64,000 bases of DNA, taken from assembly GCA_977862235.1 (NCBI GenBank), contig OZ374557.1, forward strand, positions 3,348,001 to 3,412,000. The letters are read 5' to 3'. The notes under the pieces were generated by a model. It searched no databases and was not told the origin of the DNA. It saw only the letters and a program-made list of their open reading frames with translations. Made by a program: the position numbers and the translations under genes. This DNA is from Dudresnaya verticillata (lineage: Eukaryota). Every line of letters begins with the position of its first letter. Positions within the stretch are counted from its first letter, which is position 1. Positions 10,256 through 23,015 of the stretch are shown piece after piece.

Positions 10256-13028
10256 TCACAAGCCGGGTTCCCCACTCGGATCCGATCGGAATACGCGTTG
10301 CGTATTGTCTCCCAAGACGCGAATCGCACTATCCATGCGCCGACGCTGACGACGGACCACTGCGCGGAGATGAATTACCTGTTCCATCAGCCCCTCTGCT
10401 AGGGTTAGCACTTCCTGAACGGATCCTGGCAATGGGCAGCGCTGCGTACGGCAAATGCCCCGTAGCACCTGTAACCGACCTTCCGTAGCGGCTAGATGAG
10501 CCGGAACCGTAACGGGGGATCCTCATCTTCTTGAAACTCTACCTTCGGGGCGATAGACGGCTTATCCCTAACCCCGGCTTCGATTGAATGCTCCGTTGAG
10601 GAAACCACCAATACGGATGGTCCCGACTCGGGTGAAGGTAAGTCCTTCCGCAACGGTGGATTCGTATCCTTCTTTGGCGAGGCGATATCGCTTTTCCGTA
10701 ACGGTTCAGGACTTGACACGGGGACCGAGGGCTTGTCTCCAGTTTCCCCAACACTTTGGCGCTTTGGACCCACTTCCGATACGGTGATCGGTGCCTCACT
10801 CACCGCTGGTGTGGGAGTGGGCGCCAACAGCGGAGCATTTGGCGGGAGCGGTTCAGCGGCGGCAGGCATTTGCGTCGCAGGAGACAGTGCCGCCGGCACA
10901 GTATCCGGCGCCACTTCCGAAACGGTCTGCTCCTTTGAGGATCCCTTCTTGGATGGTGCCGCAGGCTTGGGCACCGCCATAGTCGGCGCAACCACGCCCA
11001 TGGGCGTTGGAGCCTTATCCGATACGGGAGTAGTGGTCTCACGACCCACATGACGTGGGCGTCGCGACCACCGGAAGGATTGGAGCGGGTGTCTTCTCGC
11101 TACCCGCTGCCATTGATGCGACGGGCATGACCTCCTCCTGTTCTTCCAAGAAGGGGTCAGCCTCTTGCTGTCTCACCGTAACGGAACCGCGCGGGTCGAT
11201 TGTACGCGAACGCCCCGCTGTTTCTTGACAGCTTCCCCAATCTTCAGCCTCGTCCAAACCGTCACGGTACGCATCCCTTGGTGCTTAGCGAGGCGCATTA
11301 CCCCCATGGGCCTGCACCTCTAAGGCCAACCATTCCGGCCGCGGGTCTTCTCGATGAAGGAAATATGGCTCTCCCACTCCAGGTCTAAGCGGGGGCACCG
11401 ATAGGACACGTTCCTCATCCCAACTATACCCCAAGAAGCCCGGAGTGCGTTGCCAATCCTGCTCTCCGTGTACGGATAAAAGACGCTCAACCCGATGGAG
11501 CGGGTACGCCGACCCCGTCACCAAATCGGCTACACCACTTGGCGGATTAGAGCAATCACCGTCACGGGAAGTTGAAAGATACGGCCACAGTCCCCTCCGG
11601 GTAGGTCAGCATCATCACGCGGGAAGCAGCGCCAGTCGGATAACTTGGTATTGCACCGCACCCCGTAGTAGGCAACTTGGAGCCACGAAAATAGCACCAG
11701 CATTGCCCACTCCGATCGGAAGATGCGCCAAAGCACATCGAGTTGATCTTGGATAGGGGACGCTCTCCATTCGGGTGCTCGTGATTCCACCCCCGCTCCG
11801 CAAGCAGGTCCGCAGAGAAGTACGCCGCCACAGAAGGCGTAGGCACGGATAACCAACGCGTTACCTCGTATTTATCCCACCACGACGGAGCTGTGAGATA
11901 GAGCTCACGTCGCATCCGATACGGAAGGTGGAAGAACTCCTTGGTATTCCACGTGTGCAAGATGGGTGCCCCCACGTGCATTCCGTCTCGGTAACGCGTC
12001 CGCAATCAGTGTTCCGTCGCCGCGTCGTCTTTCCATCCGTCGGCATAGCGGAACCAATACACCAACTGGTCATACGGAGGGTCAAACCAGATAAACTGCA
12101 CCCCGATCGGTGCACCCCGTAGACAGAATGCCTTCGCCAACAAACGGCTCACCTTCGCGGTGTACCCAACTTCCCCGTGGCAACGGTACCACAACAAATC
12201 CGAAACGGTAGTGGTGCGCTCTTGGCAGTAGCTGTGCACCCATCGGCTTTGCCACACAAACGCCTGCCGGTTCGGTACGAAACCAATTCGCTGGTTTGCC
12301 TTGAAGGTCTGCTCCGAAACGGCTTGGTATCGTCGCGCTTCCAAAACGGTTGGGTAACCCTCGATGAAGTGTGACACTGTCATCGGTGTTGTCACCTTCG
12401 CCCGTTTCGCATCGGATCTCACCGGGCGCCCCGCGCGATGGTCAAAGTGGTTCCCCGGCCAATATCCGCCCGGGGCAGGACCCTCACCGCTACGGGTACG
12501 CTCCATTGGCATCCAAGAGCCGGTCGTCGGCGTCATGCTCCGCACTGGCACTCGCGACCGTTTCGGAATACTGCCTGACGTATATGGGCTTGCACCCAGG
12601 TTCCGCATCGGGGTTGAGACTGGGGTCGATGGCGTCCGTAACGGGATCGCGGGTAGGTCCGCCAAGTTGAGCTCCTCCCCACCACGTCGGATCTCCTCGT
12701 CGTCATCCTTGGCCACATCTTCTCCGCGACGGTGTGTCGCTACATTCCATGACGGGGTGCTCCTTGTGGCTGAGCCGGCAGCAAACCGATTCGGATCGTA
12801 GACAGACCAGCCGCGGCCCGCCGATGGTGCCTGTGACGGTTCCGCTGCGGTAACACCCACGCGACAACTCGTCGTGCGTGGTGCCACATCCGCCGAGGCC
12901 GAGGCCTGCGCTTGCGTCGAAGCATCCGTAACGGTAGGCGCACCCGGCGCTTTCGTCGTCGAGCTCGCGCGGGTACGCCGTGTCGGTTGAAAGGGCGACG
13001 GGGAGCGCTTGCTCTTCTCCCCTGACAT
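10256..13028 (-). pseudogene. Antisense accessory ORF of family A (conserved domain ~11285-12480 plus P/A/S-rich tail), disrupted
   Basis: Fragments 12006-13028, 11562-12005, 11530-11856, 11285-11524 and tail ORFs are collinear with the copy at 17111; ATG in ACCATG context. Confidence 0.85.
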
Positions 13029-13162
13029 GGTGGGAGAAGCGCGCACGAAGGAGGAGGAAACGTTGAGGACGATACCCGTATCGGTTGTGTGTGGGTGTGG
13101 AAGCAAAGGTAATCCGTGACGGTGGGCGCCCGAGGACGTGGCGCCATTTAAGGAGGGGGGTC

Positions 13163-13837
13163 TGTGGTGAAGTGAGCCGTGGCGCGCATGCGGCACGCCG
13201 ACGGCGAGCCAACCGTAACGGGTGATGTGGCAATACGCCACGCTGATGATCTGGCAACGTGTAACCGTGTCGGATGTTGTGCGCATTGCTGTACGCTGGT
13301 ACGCATTGTTGTACAGTAGTGGAGCGCACCAACCGGAGCGGAGTATTTGTAGTATTTATTCTTTATTTTTAGTGAGTATCTGTACAGTATGTAGAGTAGT
13401 GCGCCAGCCAATGAGAATGCTGCGCATGTCCGTATCGGAGATTGGGACCAGCAGGGCCGATTCCACCATAGGACCAGACCACTAGGGTCTGGCCCCCACG
13501 GACCGGACCGCTCGGTGCCACCCTGACTTGTATATCAGGGCGGCACCGCAGCGGCTCCTAAGGTAAACGGGTAAGCAACCTTAGCCCAATCCTTTACGGG
13601 TTTCCCCGCGCCGAGCCCGTTGCGGTCTACCACCACCACCGTTACGGAGTCCGTCCCGGCACTTGTACCACCCCCTTGTCTGTTGCTTCCCAATATCCGT
13701 CTCGGTTAGCCGCTCGCTGTTCTCCCGCCTCGGTGCGAACTGTTCTACCACCCCGTGGAGGTAGTGTTGCTCTCGTCCTGTGAGGAAAGTCAGGCCAGCT
13801 GTCCGTCTCGGAGTTCGTGGGTTTTCACTACACCACA
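13163..13837 (+). repeat. 3' LTR, family A (675 bp), preceded by PPT
   Basis: PPT AAGGAGGGGGG at 13150-13160; TG...CA ends. Confidence 0.95.
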
Positions 13838-16301
13838 ACCTCACAGACAGCCGCATTTGCAAAAATCCGACATGGGGGTCCTACCACACATAAAGGAGCA
13901 AACACTCTTGGAGATTGTTGCTCTCACCGTAGCGGAATAAGTTTCCCCAACGGTCTGCTCGAACGCGCAGTCGATTACGCTCCCATATCCACAATGGACA
14001 ATTCGTACTCCGATCGGATGACGGTACTTCACACCGCTACCTCCTGACGGAAGTTGTTCCGACTTGGGTGGCGAGAAGTTGGGGGGCTAGTGTGGCAGTA
14101 TGGACGCTGTCAGCAGAAGGGCTTACAGAAGCGCACTTCTCTTCGCGGGACAGACTGTCCCTTAATCAGGACAGCTGTCCTTTCATCGCTATACACATGG
14201 ATGACATGTGGAATGCACGTGTGTACACGTGGACTTACAGCTGTACACGTGGACTTACAGCTATACACGTGGCATACACGTGGCCTTGTAATGACGCCAG
14301 TTGGATACCTCGTATTGGTTGATTTATGACGCGCCGCTGCGCTCCTACTCACGAACGGGGAGCACCTCTGCGCTCAGGGTATCGACAGTGCAGCCGGGAC
14401 CTCGGCTTGCGCACCGGCGCATTCGCCACCAAGTCCCCTAACTGGAATGCATTCCCACTTTTGACTCGTGCTGACTGTACTAACCTACGTAACTATAATC
14501 ATAGACTAACTCAGACCCCCTTTCGGGCTGATAGACTTCTCGGCTGTCAAGCCCTACTTATGGGCGCCGGAATAGCCGGCGCCCTCAGAATAAACACTCA
14601 GCGGAGTTGTTCGGGCAGTTGCCACCTTTCGCTCGGACACTCCGCGCCTGCAGGGGTCGCCCAGTACAGGCCCGGACATCGTACGACAAGTACTCTACGA
14701 AATACCGGGTCGCAACCTCTATACTTTCCCTCAGTCGGTCGCGCCGAGTCTTTACCGTGCTTCCGCACCCCCCTTTCGGGTCATCAGGGCCCGCCTCTTT
14801 CCAAGCCTCTACCAAACCTCCTTCGAGCTACCACCAATTAGCGTGTGATATCGGACAGCTGTCTTTCTTTGTTCTTTGCTGTTTCTGGCCGGTGCCATAC
14901 TGCTACAGCTAGGTACGCCACAAACCGTCGCAGGCGGCGTGTTTCAGGAATCCGTAGCGGTTACAGGCGAATACCTTCACCCCTGCCCTTATGAGACACA
15001 CCACGAACCTCTCCCTCTTGAGATGAACCCGACCCGCGACGGTGTTAATATATTATTTTCAATATAATAATATACTGAATATATTAATATTAACATCAAT
15101 ATTAATATATACCCGGGACTCTGAGAAGAATAATGAGACGGAGGAATTTTCCTGTACCGTCGCGGAAGGGGCCGTTCTTGGCCCAAACGTGCTGGGCCGG
15201 CCGCCCGTCGCAAGAAAAAGGCGTGCCCCTCCCAGAATGGCTACGACAAACACCGTAACGGCTCTGCCGAGGTGTCCAGAGCGCGTTCCGTGACGGAAGA
15301 GTGCCGCGGAAGCGGTGAAACCTCGGCGGATTATGCCGACTGCGATACTGCGGCAAAGCGAGAGTGCCGTTTCGGGAAATAGGTCGCGTTCCCGGTAGGA
15401 TACGCGACTCACGCTGACAAAAGTCGTGACGGAGCGGTTTCCCCCAGTATGAGCGACAAAATCCCGTAACGGTAGCAGACGTCGAAAAGAGTCAGTTCCC
15501 GTAACTGTGTCGCCAAAACGCGGAGAGTTGCGATTGCCCCAAGCTACAGTGGCTTGTCTTCCGTTACGGTTAGAGGCGCGCCTTGCCTGCGCGTCGCAGA
15601 GGTCTTCCCTTAGCGGAGCTCTTGCGTTTTTGTTTCCAATAGCGGTAGATAAAGTTCTGCGGCAATTCCTCGCCGGGCTCGTAGGTGTCCTGATCCGGAG
15701 GGTAGCCGTACAAGCGGACTTTGTACGTCATCCCAGTCGGTTCGTCACGGTGACCGACAATCTTGTTGATCACAAATTCCGTATCGGCTTGCAGTGGTTC
15801 CGTCGCGGAGGGAGTAGCACCTTCTGATTGAGGGACTACTGTAGTACCTTCTGTACTTGGCACTACTTCTCCGTAAACGGTTGATGGCGTGACAGGCGGC
15901 ACTATCAAGGGTGCCGGCTGAACCGCAACTCCGATCGGAACCTTCGTGATGCGATCGATACTTACTGGGATCAATACCCCTTCCTTGCGGATTGTAACGA
16001 CATGTTCCGTTGTGGATTCCACTTCATAAGGCCCCGTGGCTCTCGGAAGGAGTTTCTTCATTTCTTGAGCCACCCCGCCCACATCATCCGGTTTGCCTTC
16101 CAATCGGTCCCGCTCACGGCGTTCGGCAGGCCGCAAGTTATGGGGCGGCCGGTCGACATAGACTTGATCTCCGCTACGGATTATGGGCCTAAAGCGCACC
16201 TTACAGTCAAACAGTGCCTTGGCCTTTTGTTGAGCCACCGTCTGCTTAGTGCGCGCTGTCTGGAGCGCATACCGTAAACGGCGCATGGTGCTCCGCTTCT
16301 G
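13838..16301 (-). mobile_element. Internal fragment of a family A-related element: integrase C-terminus/chromodomain (15570-16301) and a different 3' region
   Basis: ORF 15570..16322 is near-identical to the pol C-terminus at ~9350-10087; downstream sequence does not visibly match that of the other copies. Confidence 0.85.
14091..14907 (+). repeat. Solo LTR, family E (817 bp)
   Basis: TGTGGCAGTATGG...CCATACTGCTACA ends; TSD GCTAG on both sides. Confidence 0.92.
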
Positions 16302-16976
16302 TGTGGTGGAGTGAAAACCCACGAACTCCGAGACGGACAGCTGGCCTGACTTTCCTTAACGGACGAGAGCAACACTACCTCCACGGGGTGGTAGAACAGT
16401 TCGCACCGAGACGGGAGAACAGCGAGCGGCTAACCGAGACGGATATTGGGAAGCAACAGACAAGGGGGTGGTACAAGTGCCGGGACGGACTCCGTAACGG
16501 TGGTGGTGGTAGACCGCAACGGGCTCGGCGCGGGGAAAACCGTAAAGGATTGGGATAAGGTTGCTTACCCGTTTACCTTAGGAGCCGCTGCGGTGCCGCC
16601 CTGATATACAAGTCAGGTTGGCACCGAGCGGTCCGGTCCGTGGGGGCCAGACCCTAGTGGTCTGGTCCTATGGTGGAATCGGCCCTGCTGGTCCCAATCT
16701 CCGACACGGACATGCGCAGCATTCTCATTGGCTGGCGCACTACTCTACATACTGTACAGATACTCACTAAAAATAAAGAATAAATACTACAAATACTCCG
16801 CTCCGGTTGGTGCGCTCCACTACTGTACAACAATGCGTACCAGCGTACAGCAATGCGCACAACATCCGACACGGTTACACGTTGCCAGATCATCAGCGTG
16901 GCGTATTGCCACATCACCCGTTACGGTTGGCTCGCCGTCGGCGTGTCGCGTGCGCGCCACGGCTCACTTCACCACA
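16302..16976 (-). repeat. 3' LTR, family A (675 bp)
   Basis: Reverse complement of the 13163 LTR; adjacent CCCCCCTCCTT is the PPT. Confidence 0.95.
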
Positions 16977-17110
16977 GACCCCCCTCCTTAAATGGCGCCA
17001 CGTCCTCGGGCGCCCACCGTCACGGATTACCTTTGCTTCCACACCCACACACAACCGATACGGGTATCGTCCTCAACGTTTCCTCCTCCTTCGTACGCGC
17101 TTCTCCCACC

Positions 17111-19810
17111 ATGTCAGGGGAGAAGAGCAAGCGCTCCCCGTCGCCCTTTCAACAGACACGGCGTTCCCGCGCGGCTTCCACGACTAGGGCTCAGGGCGCG
17201 CTAACCGTTACGGATGCTTCGACTCAAGCGCCGGCTTCTTTCTCGGCGGCAGCGACGTACCCGCAACGGGCGGTCGTACGAGCGGGGCCGTAACGGAACC
17301 TTCACCGGCTCCATCAGCGAGCCGAGGGTGGTCGGTCTATGATCCGAATCGGTTTGCTGCGAGCGCAGCCACAAGGACCGTGCTACCAGGGAGTGCAGCG
17401 ACCCACCGTGACGGAGAGGCGCCAATCAAGGACCGCGATGATGCGTTCCGTCGTGGTGCCGAGGAGCTCAGGTTGGCAGACCTAACGGCCATTCCGTTAC
17501 GGGCACCATCGACACCGGTATCGACGCCGAGTCGTAGGATGGTGTCTAGTACACATTCTTCCTCAAGTACACCGAGACGGATGCGTGGGCCCCCGCAAAT
17601 CAATCCACCTGCACCGGGGCCTTGGTGTCCGGCGGTGCATACCCGCGACGGAGAGGGCCCTGCCCCGAGTGGTTATTGGCCGGGGCACCACTTTGATCAT
17701 CGCGCGGGGCGCCCGGCTAGAACCGATGCGGAGAGGGCAAAGATTAAGCCGCCGATGACGGTGGACCTCTTCATTGAGAAATATCCAACCCTCTTGGAAA
17801 AAGAAGGTACAAGGCCGTCATGGCGCAACCCTTCAAGGCGAATCAACACATTGGCGTTGTTCCGAATCGGAGAGAATTTGTATGGCAAAGCCGATGGGTT
17901 CATGGCTATTGCCAAGCGCGGACCTCTACCGTTTCGGATTTGTTGTGGTATCGCTGCCATGGGGAGGTAGGATATACCGCAAAGGTGAGTCACCTGTTGG
18001 CCAAAGGTTTCCGTCTGCAGGGTGCGCCGGTCGGCGTGCAATTCATTTGCTTCGACCGCCCCTATGACCAGTCGGTATATTGGTTCCGCTATTCCAACGG
18101 GTGGAAGGACGATGCCGCAACGGGACACCGTTTGCGAACTCGATCCCGTGACGGAATGCGAGTTGGCTCACCAATCCTGCATACGTGGAACACTAAGGAG
18201 TTCTTCCACCTTCCGTATCGGGTGCGTCGTGAATTGTACCTTACAGCTCCGTCATGGTGGGAGCGTTATGAGGTGACCCGTTGGTTATCTGTCCCTACGC
18301 CTTCCGTCGTGGCATACTTCTCGGCGGACCTACTCACCGAACGGGAGTGGAACCACAAGCATCCGAACGGAGAGCGTCCCCCGAATCAAGATCAACTCGA
18401 TGTACTGTGGCGCATCTTCCGATCGGAATGGGCAATGCTGGTGCTCTTCTCGTGGCTCCAGGTGGCCTATTACGGAGTACGGTATAACACCAAGTTAGCC
18501 GACTGGCGATGCTTCCCACGGGATGAGGATGACCTGCCCGGAGGAGACTGTGGCCGTATTTTTCAACTTCCCGTAACGGTGATCGCCCTAATTCGCCAAG
18601 TCGGCGTACCCGATTTGGTGACGGGGTCGGCGTACCCTCTCCATCGGCTGGAGCGTCTTTTATCCGTACACGGAGAGCAGGATTGGCAACGCACTCCGGA
18701 CTTCTTGGGGTATGGTTGGGACGAAGACCGTGTCCTATCGGTGCCCCTGCTTAGGCCCGGAGTGGGTGAGCCATATTTCCTTCATCGAGAAGATCCGCGT
18801 CCGGAATGGCTGGCCTTAGAAGAGCAGGCCCATCGTGGCTATGCTTCTCGCTAAGCACCAAGGGATGCGTACCGTGATGGTTTGGACGGGGCTGAAGATT
18901 GGGGGAGCTGTCAGGAGGCAGCGGGGCGTACGCGTACAATCGACCCGCGCGATTCCGTTACGGTGAGACAGCAAGAGGCTGACCCCTTCTTGGAAGAATA
19001 GGTGGAGGTCATGGCCGTGGCCTCAATGGCAGCGGGTAGCGAGAAGACACCCGCTTCAATCCTTCCGGTGGTCGCGACACCCACGTCGCGCGATGTGGAT
19101 CGTGAGACTACTACTCCCGTATCGGATAAGGCCCCAACGCCCATGGGCGTGGTTGCGCCGACTATGGCGGTGCCCAAGCCTACGGCGCCATCCAAGAAGG
19201 GAGCCTCAAAGGAGCAGACCGTTTCGGAAGTGGCGCCGGATACTGTGCCGGCGGCACTGTCTCCTGCGACGCAAATGCCTGCCGCCGCTGAACCGCTCCC
19301 GCCAAGTGCTCCGCTGTTGGCGCCCACTCCCACACCAGCGGTGAGTGAGGCACCGATCACCGTATCGGAAGTGGGTCCAAAGCGCCAAAGTGTTGGGGAA
19401 ACTGGATACAAGCCCTCGGTCCCCGTGTCAAGTCCTGAACCGTTACGGAAAAGCGATATCGCCTCGCCAAAGAAGGATACGAATCCACCGTTGCGGAAGG
19501 ACGTACCTTCACCCGAGTCGGGACCATCCGTATTGGTGGTTTCCTCAACGGAGCATTCAATCGAAGCTGGGGCTAGGGATAAGCCGTCGATCGCCCCGAA
19601 GGTAGAGCTACGGAAAGTGGGTTACAGGTGCTACGGGGCATTTGTCGTACGCAGCGCTTCCCATTGCCAGGATCCGTTCAGGAAGTGCTAACCTTAGCGG
19701 AGGGGCTGATGGAACAGGTAATTCATCTCCGCGCAGTGGTCCGTCGTCAGCTTCGGCGCATGGATAGTGCGATTCGCGTCTTGGGACACAATACGCAGCG
19801 CGTATTCTGA
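17111..19810 (+). pseudogene. Antisense accessory ORF of family A, second copy (best-preserved domain 17820-18854)
   Basis: MSGEKSKRSPSPF start; 344-aa open stretch; stop at 17293, frameshift near 17800, low-complexity tail. Confidence 0.87.
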
Positions 19811-20012
19811 TCGGATTCGAGTGGGGAACCCGGCTTGCGAACGGGTCAGGGGAGCAACGAGGAAGATACAGTTGCCCCTGCCCCGAAGCGGCGTCGACGT
19901 AACTCTTAGAGTTACAGTGCGACGATCTCCTTAACGGTTTCCATTATGCCTCGATCTTAGCTTGCGATAAACATTGTGTGTTCTGCTCACACCCCAGCAC
20001 TCCAACTGTCCG

Positions 20013-23000
20013 TTACGGTGAGTGACGTGTTGGATTAGCACGTCGCCGTGGCTTACCCTTAGCGGATGTCTTTTTCTTTTGCTTCCAATATCGGTAGATG
20101 AAGTTCTGCGGTAACTCCTCCGCGGGCTCAAAAGTGTCCTGCTCCGGAGGGTATCCATACCAGCGGACTTTGTATGTCATCCCAGTAGGTTCGTCGCGGT
20201 GACCAACAATCTTGTCAATCACATATTCCGTATCGGCTTGCAGTTATTCCGTCCCGGAGGGGGTAGTACCTTCAGAAGGAGGTACTACTGTAGTACCTTC
20301 TGGATGTGGCACTACTTCTCCGTAAACGGTTGATGGCGTGACAGGCGGCACTGTCAAGGGTGCCGGCTGAACCGCAACTCCGATCGGAACCTTCGTGATG
20401 CGATCGATACTTACGGGAATCAATACCACTTCTTTTCGGATTGTAACAACATGTTCCGTTGCGGATTCCACTTCATAAGGCCCCGTGGCTCTCGGAAGGA
20501 GTTTCTTCACTTCCTGAGCCACCTCGCCCACATCATCCGGTTTGCCTTCCAATCGGTCCCGCTCACGGCGTTCGGCAGGCCGCAACTTATGGGGCGGCCG
20601 GTCGACATCGACTTGATCTCCGCTACGGATTATGGGCCTAAAGCGCAGCTTACAGTCAAACAGTGCCTTGGCTTTTTGTTGAACCACCGTCTGCTTAGTG
20701 CGCGCTGTCTGGAGCGCATACCTTAAACGGCGCACGGTGCTCCGCTTCTGTAACACCGGGGTCATACGCCCTTTCGCCAAATCAAATGGCGTTGTTTCCA
20801 TAATACGGTGTACCTGCATGTTGTACGCATATGTCAACGGTTGCAGGTACAGATCACAATCGGAGTGATGATCCTCAACGTAATGGCGCAAACGCTGAGC
20901 GATTGTCTTATTAAATCGCTCAGCTTGCCCATTTGTCTGCGGATGGTAGGCAGCGGTGAGCAGGTGCCTGACTCCGAGTAAGGAACACACCGCGTCGAAG
21001 AACTTAGCAGTAAACTGCGGTCCGTTATCGGTTAGGACAAATTGGGGTGCGCCGTAGGCGTACACCCAAAAGTCCAGGAAGGCGTTAGCCACCACAACGG
21101 CTGTTGTTGTCCGTAACGGAATACAGCGCGTCAATTTAGAGAACCGATCGGTTATTACCAAAACGTAGACATAACCCCGTTTTGTCTTCGGAAGTGGCCC
21201 GAGAATGTCGATAGCGACAAACTCCAAAGGTCCGCTAGCGGGGAAAAGTTTCACAAACCTTTGATTCCGAAAGCGGGTTCCCTTTGTCTTCACGCAGGAG
21301 CGACACGTCCGAACGGATTCAAATACATCGTTGGCCATATGAGGCCAATAATAATCCTGTCGGAGTGTATAATACATCTTAATTCCACCTGGGTGACCCG
21401 ACATCAGGGTGTAGTGGGATAAATACGATACCCGTCCACGGAGTTCGCTTGGCACCACCTTCTGTAGAGCACCATCCAATTGGGACTTGCGTACCAAGAA
21501 TCCGTTACGGTCATAGTCAAACTGTGATCCAGGGGAGCGTACCGTATCGGCTTTGAGACGACAGAAAGGGTCTCTGGCTTGCGCTTCGAGGAACTCCTCC
21601 CCGGTAATTGTCTCATCCTTAACGTCGGATTCTTGGATTACAGTAAACCGTGACGGTATTGCGTCGGGCTTGTCGGGGGAGGCGGATGTACTCCCACTGG
21701 CGGGCTCCACGGCGCATATTAGGTTATTTTCCGTAGCGGTTTCTCGTGATGTGGCCCAATCGGTTAAATAGACTCCATGCTCATATAATCCGTCGACGGT
21801 ATTTTCGGCGATAAAGCAGGGTATCTCTTCATCCAAAGGTCTATCGTCACCACCATCCGTTCGGAGTCGCGACATCCCATCGGCGAGTTGATGCTTAATT
21901 CCAGGACGGTATTGCACCTCAAATTCAAATTCCGATAGGCGGAGCCTCCACCTGGATAGGCGGCCAGATGAGTCTGCGAGGTTCAGGATCCACCGCAGGG
22001 CATCGTGATCCGTTCGGAGAATAAACTTGTCACCGTAAAGGTAGGGTCGGAGTGTTAACATGATCCAGACTACGGCTAAGCATTCCTTTTCGGTTGTCGT
22101 ATAATTTTTCTCCGCATCGGTGAGGCTTCGGCTCCAGTATCCAATAGGGAGGTGATCGCCATTCGGTTGTTCCTGCAGAAGGACACAGCCGACTTGATGG
22201 TCACATGCATCAGTGTCCAACGTATATTTATATCCGTGACGGGGTAGAGCCAATATAGTTGGAGAGATAAGGCGTCTCTTCAGTTCCTCGAAGGCTTCAT
22301 ATTCCGTATCGGGTAATATTCCAAACTCAAAGGGTGAGCCCTTGCCGGTTTTCTTATTCAGTGGTGCTGAAATCAGAGCGAAGTTGGGTACAAAGCGACG
22401 ATACACGTTGCACATTCCCAAGAAGGATCGCAATTCCGTTTGGTTAGTCGGCGGCTTCGCGACCTTAACGGATATTCCGATTATCCACTTCTAATTTTCC
22501 GGGACGGATAACATGCCCCAGGTATTGTACAGAAGAAGTCACAATTTGACAATTTCAACGTTACCCCAGCGGATCGTAAAAGTGTAAGGACTTCCTTCAG
22601 GTGGTGGAAATGTTCCGTAACGGTTTTTGAGTAGACAATTACATCGTCTAGGTAGACGAGGGCAAATTGCCATTTAACCGTAGAAAGGATTATATCCACT
22701 GCCCGTTGGAAGGTTGCCGGTGCATTTTTCAATCCGAATGGCATTCTCCGAAAACGGTATAAGCCAAAATGGCTAGTGAAGGTAGTTTTGTCCCTTTCCT
22801 CTTCCGGAATCTCGACTTGCCAATATCCGCTATTGCAATCAAGGGTGGTAAATACAGTAGCTTCCCCAAGGGAATCTATGCACTCATCCATCCTGGGCAA
22901 GGGATATGAGTCCCTAACCGTTACGGAATTGAGCCTTCTATAGTCAACACAGAACCGCATGGTGCCGTCCTTTTTTGGAACGAAAACCACGGGGCTGGCC

Positions 23001-23015
23001 CACTCCGATGAGGCT
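20013..23015 (-). pseudogene. pol: pol: RT, RNase H, integrase, chromodomain (frameshift and stop)
   Basis: CVDYRRLN, MPFGLKNAPATFQ, YLDD, RNase H and DDE motifs; frameshift near 22520; in-frame deletion after TPFDL relative to the copy at 7771. Confidence 0.95.

Noticed and set aside
17820..18854. Antisense ORF as an env gene
   Set aside because: Wrong strand for env, and no clear signal peptide or membrane anchor
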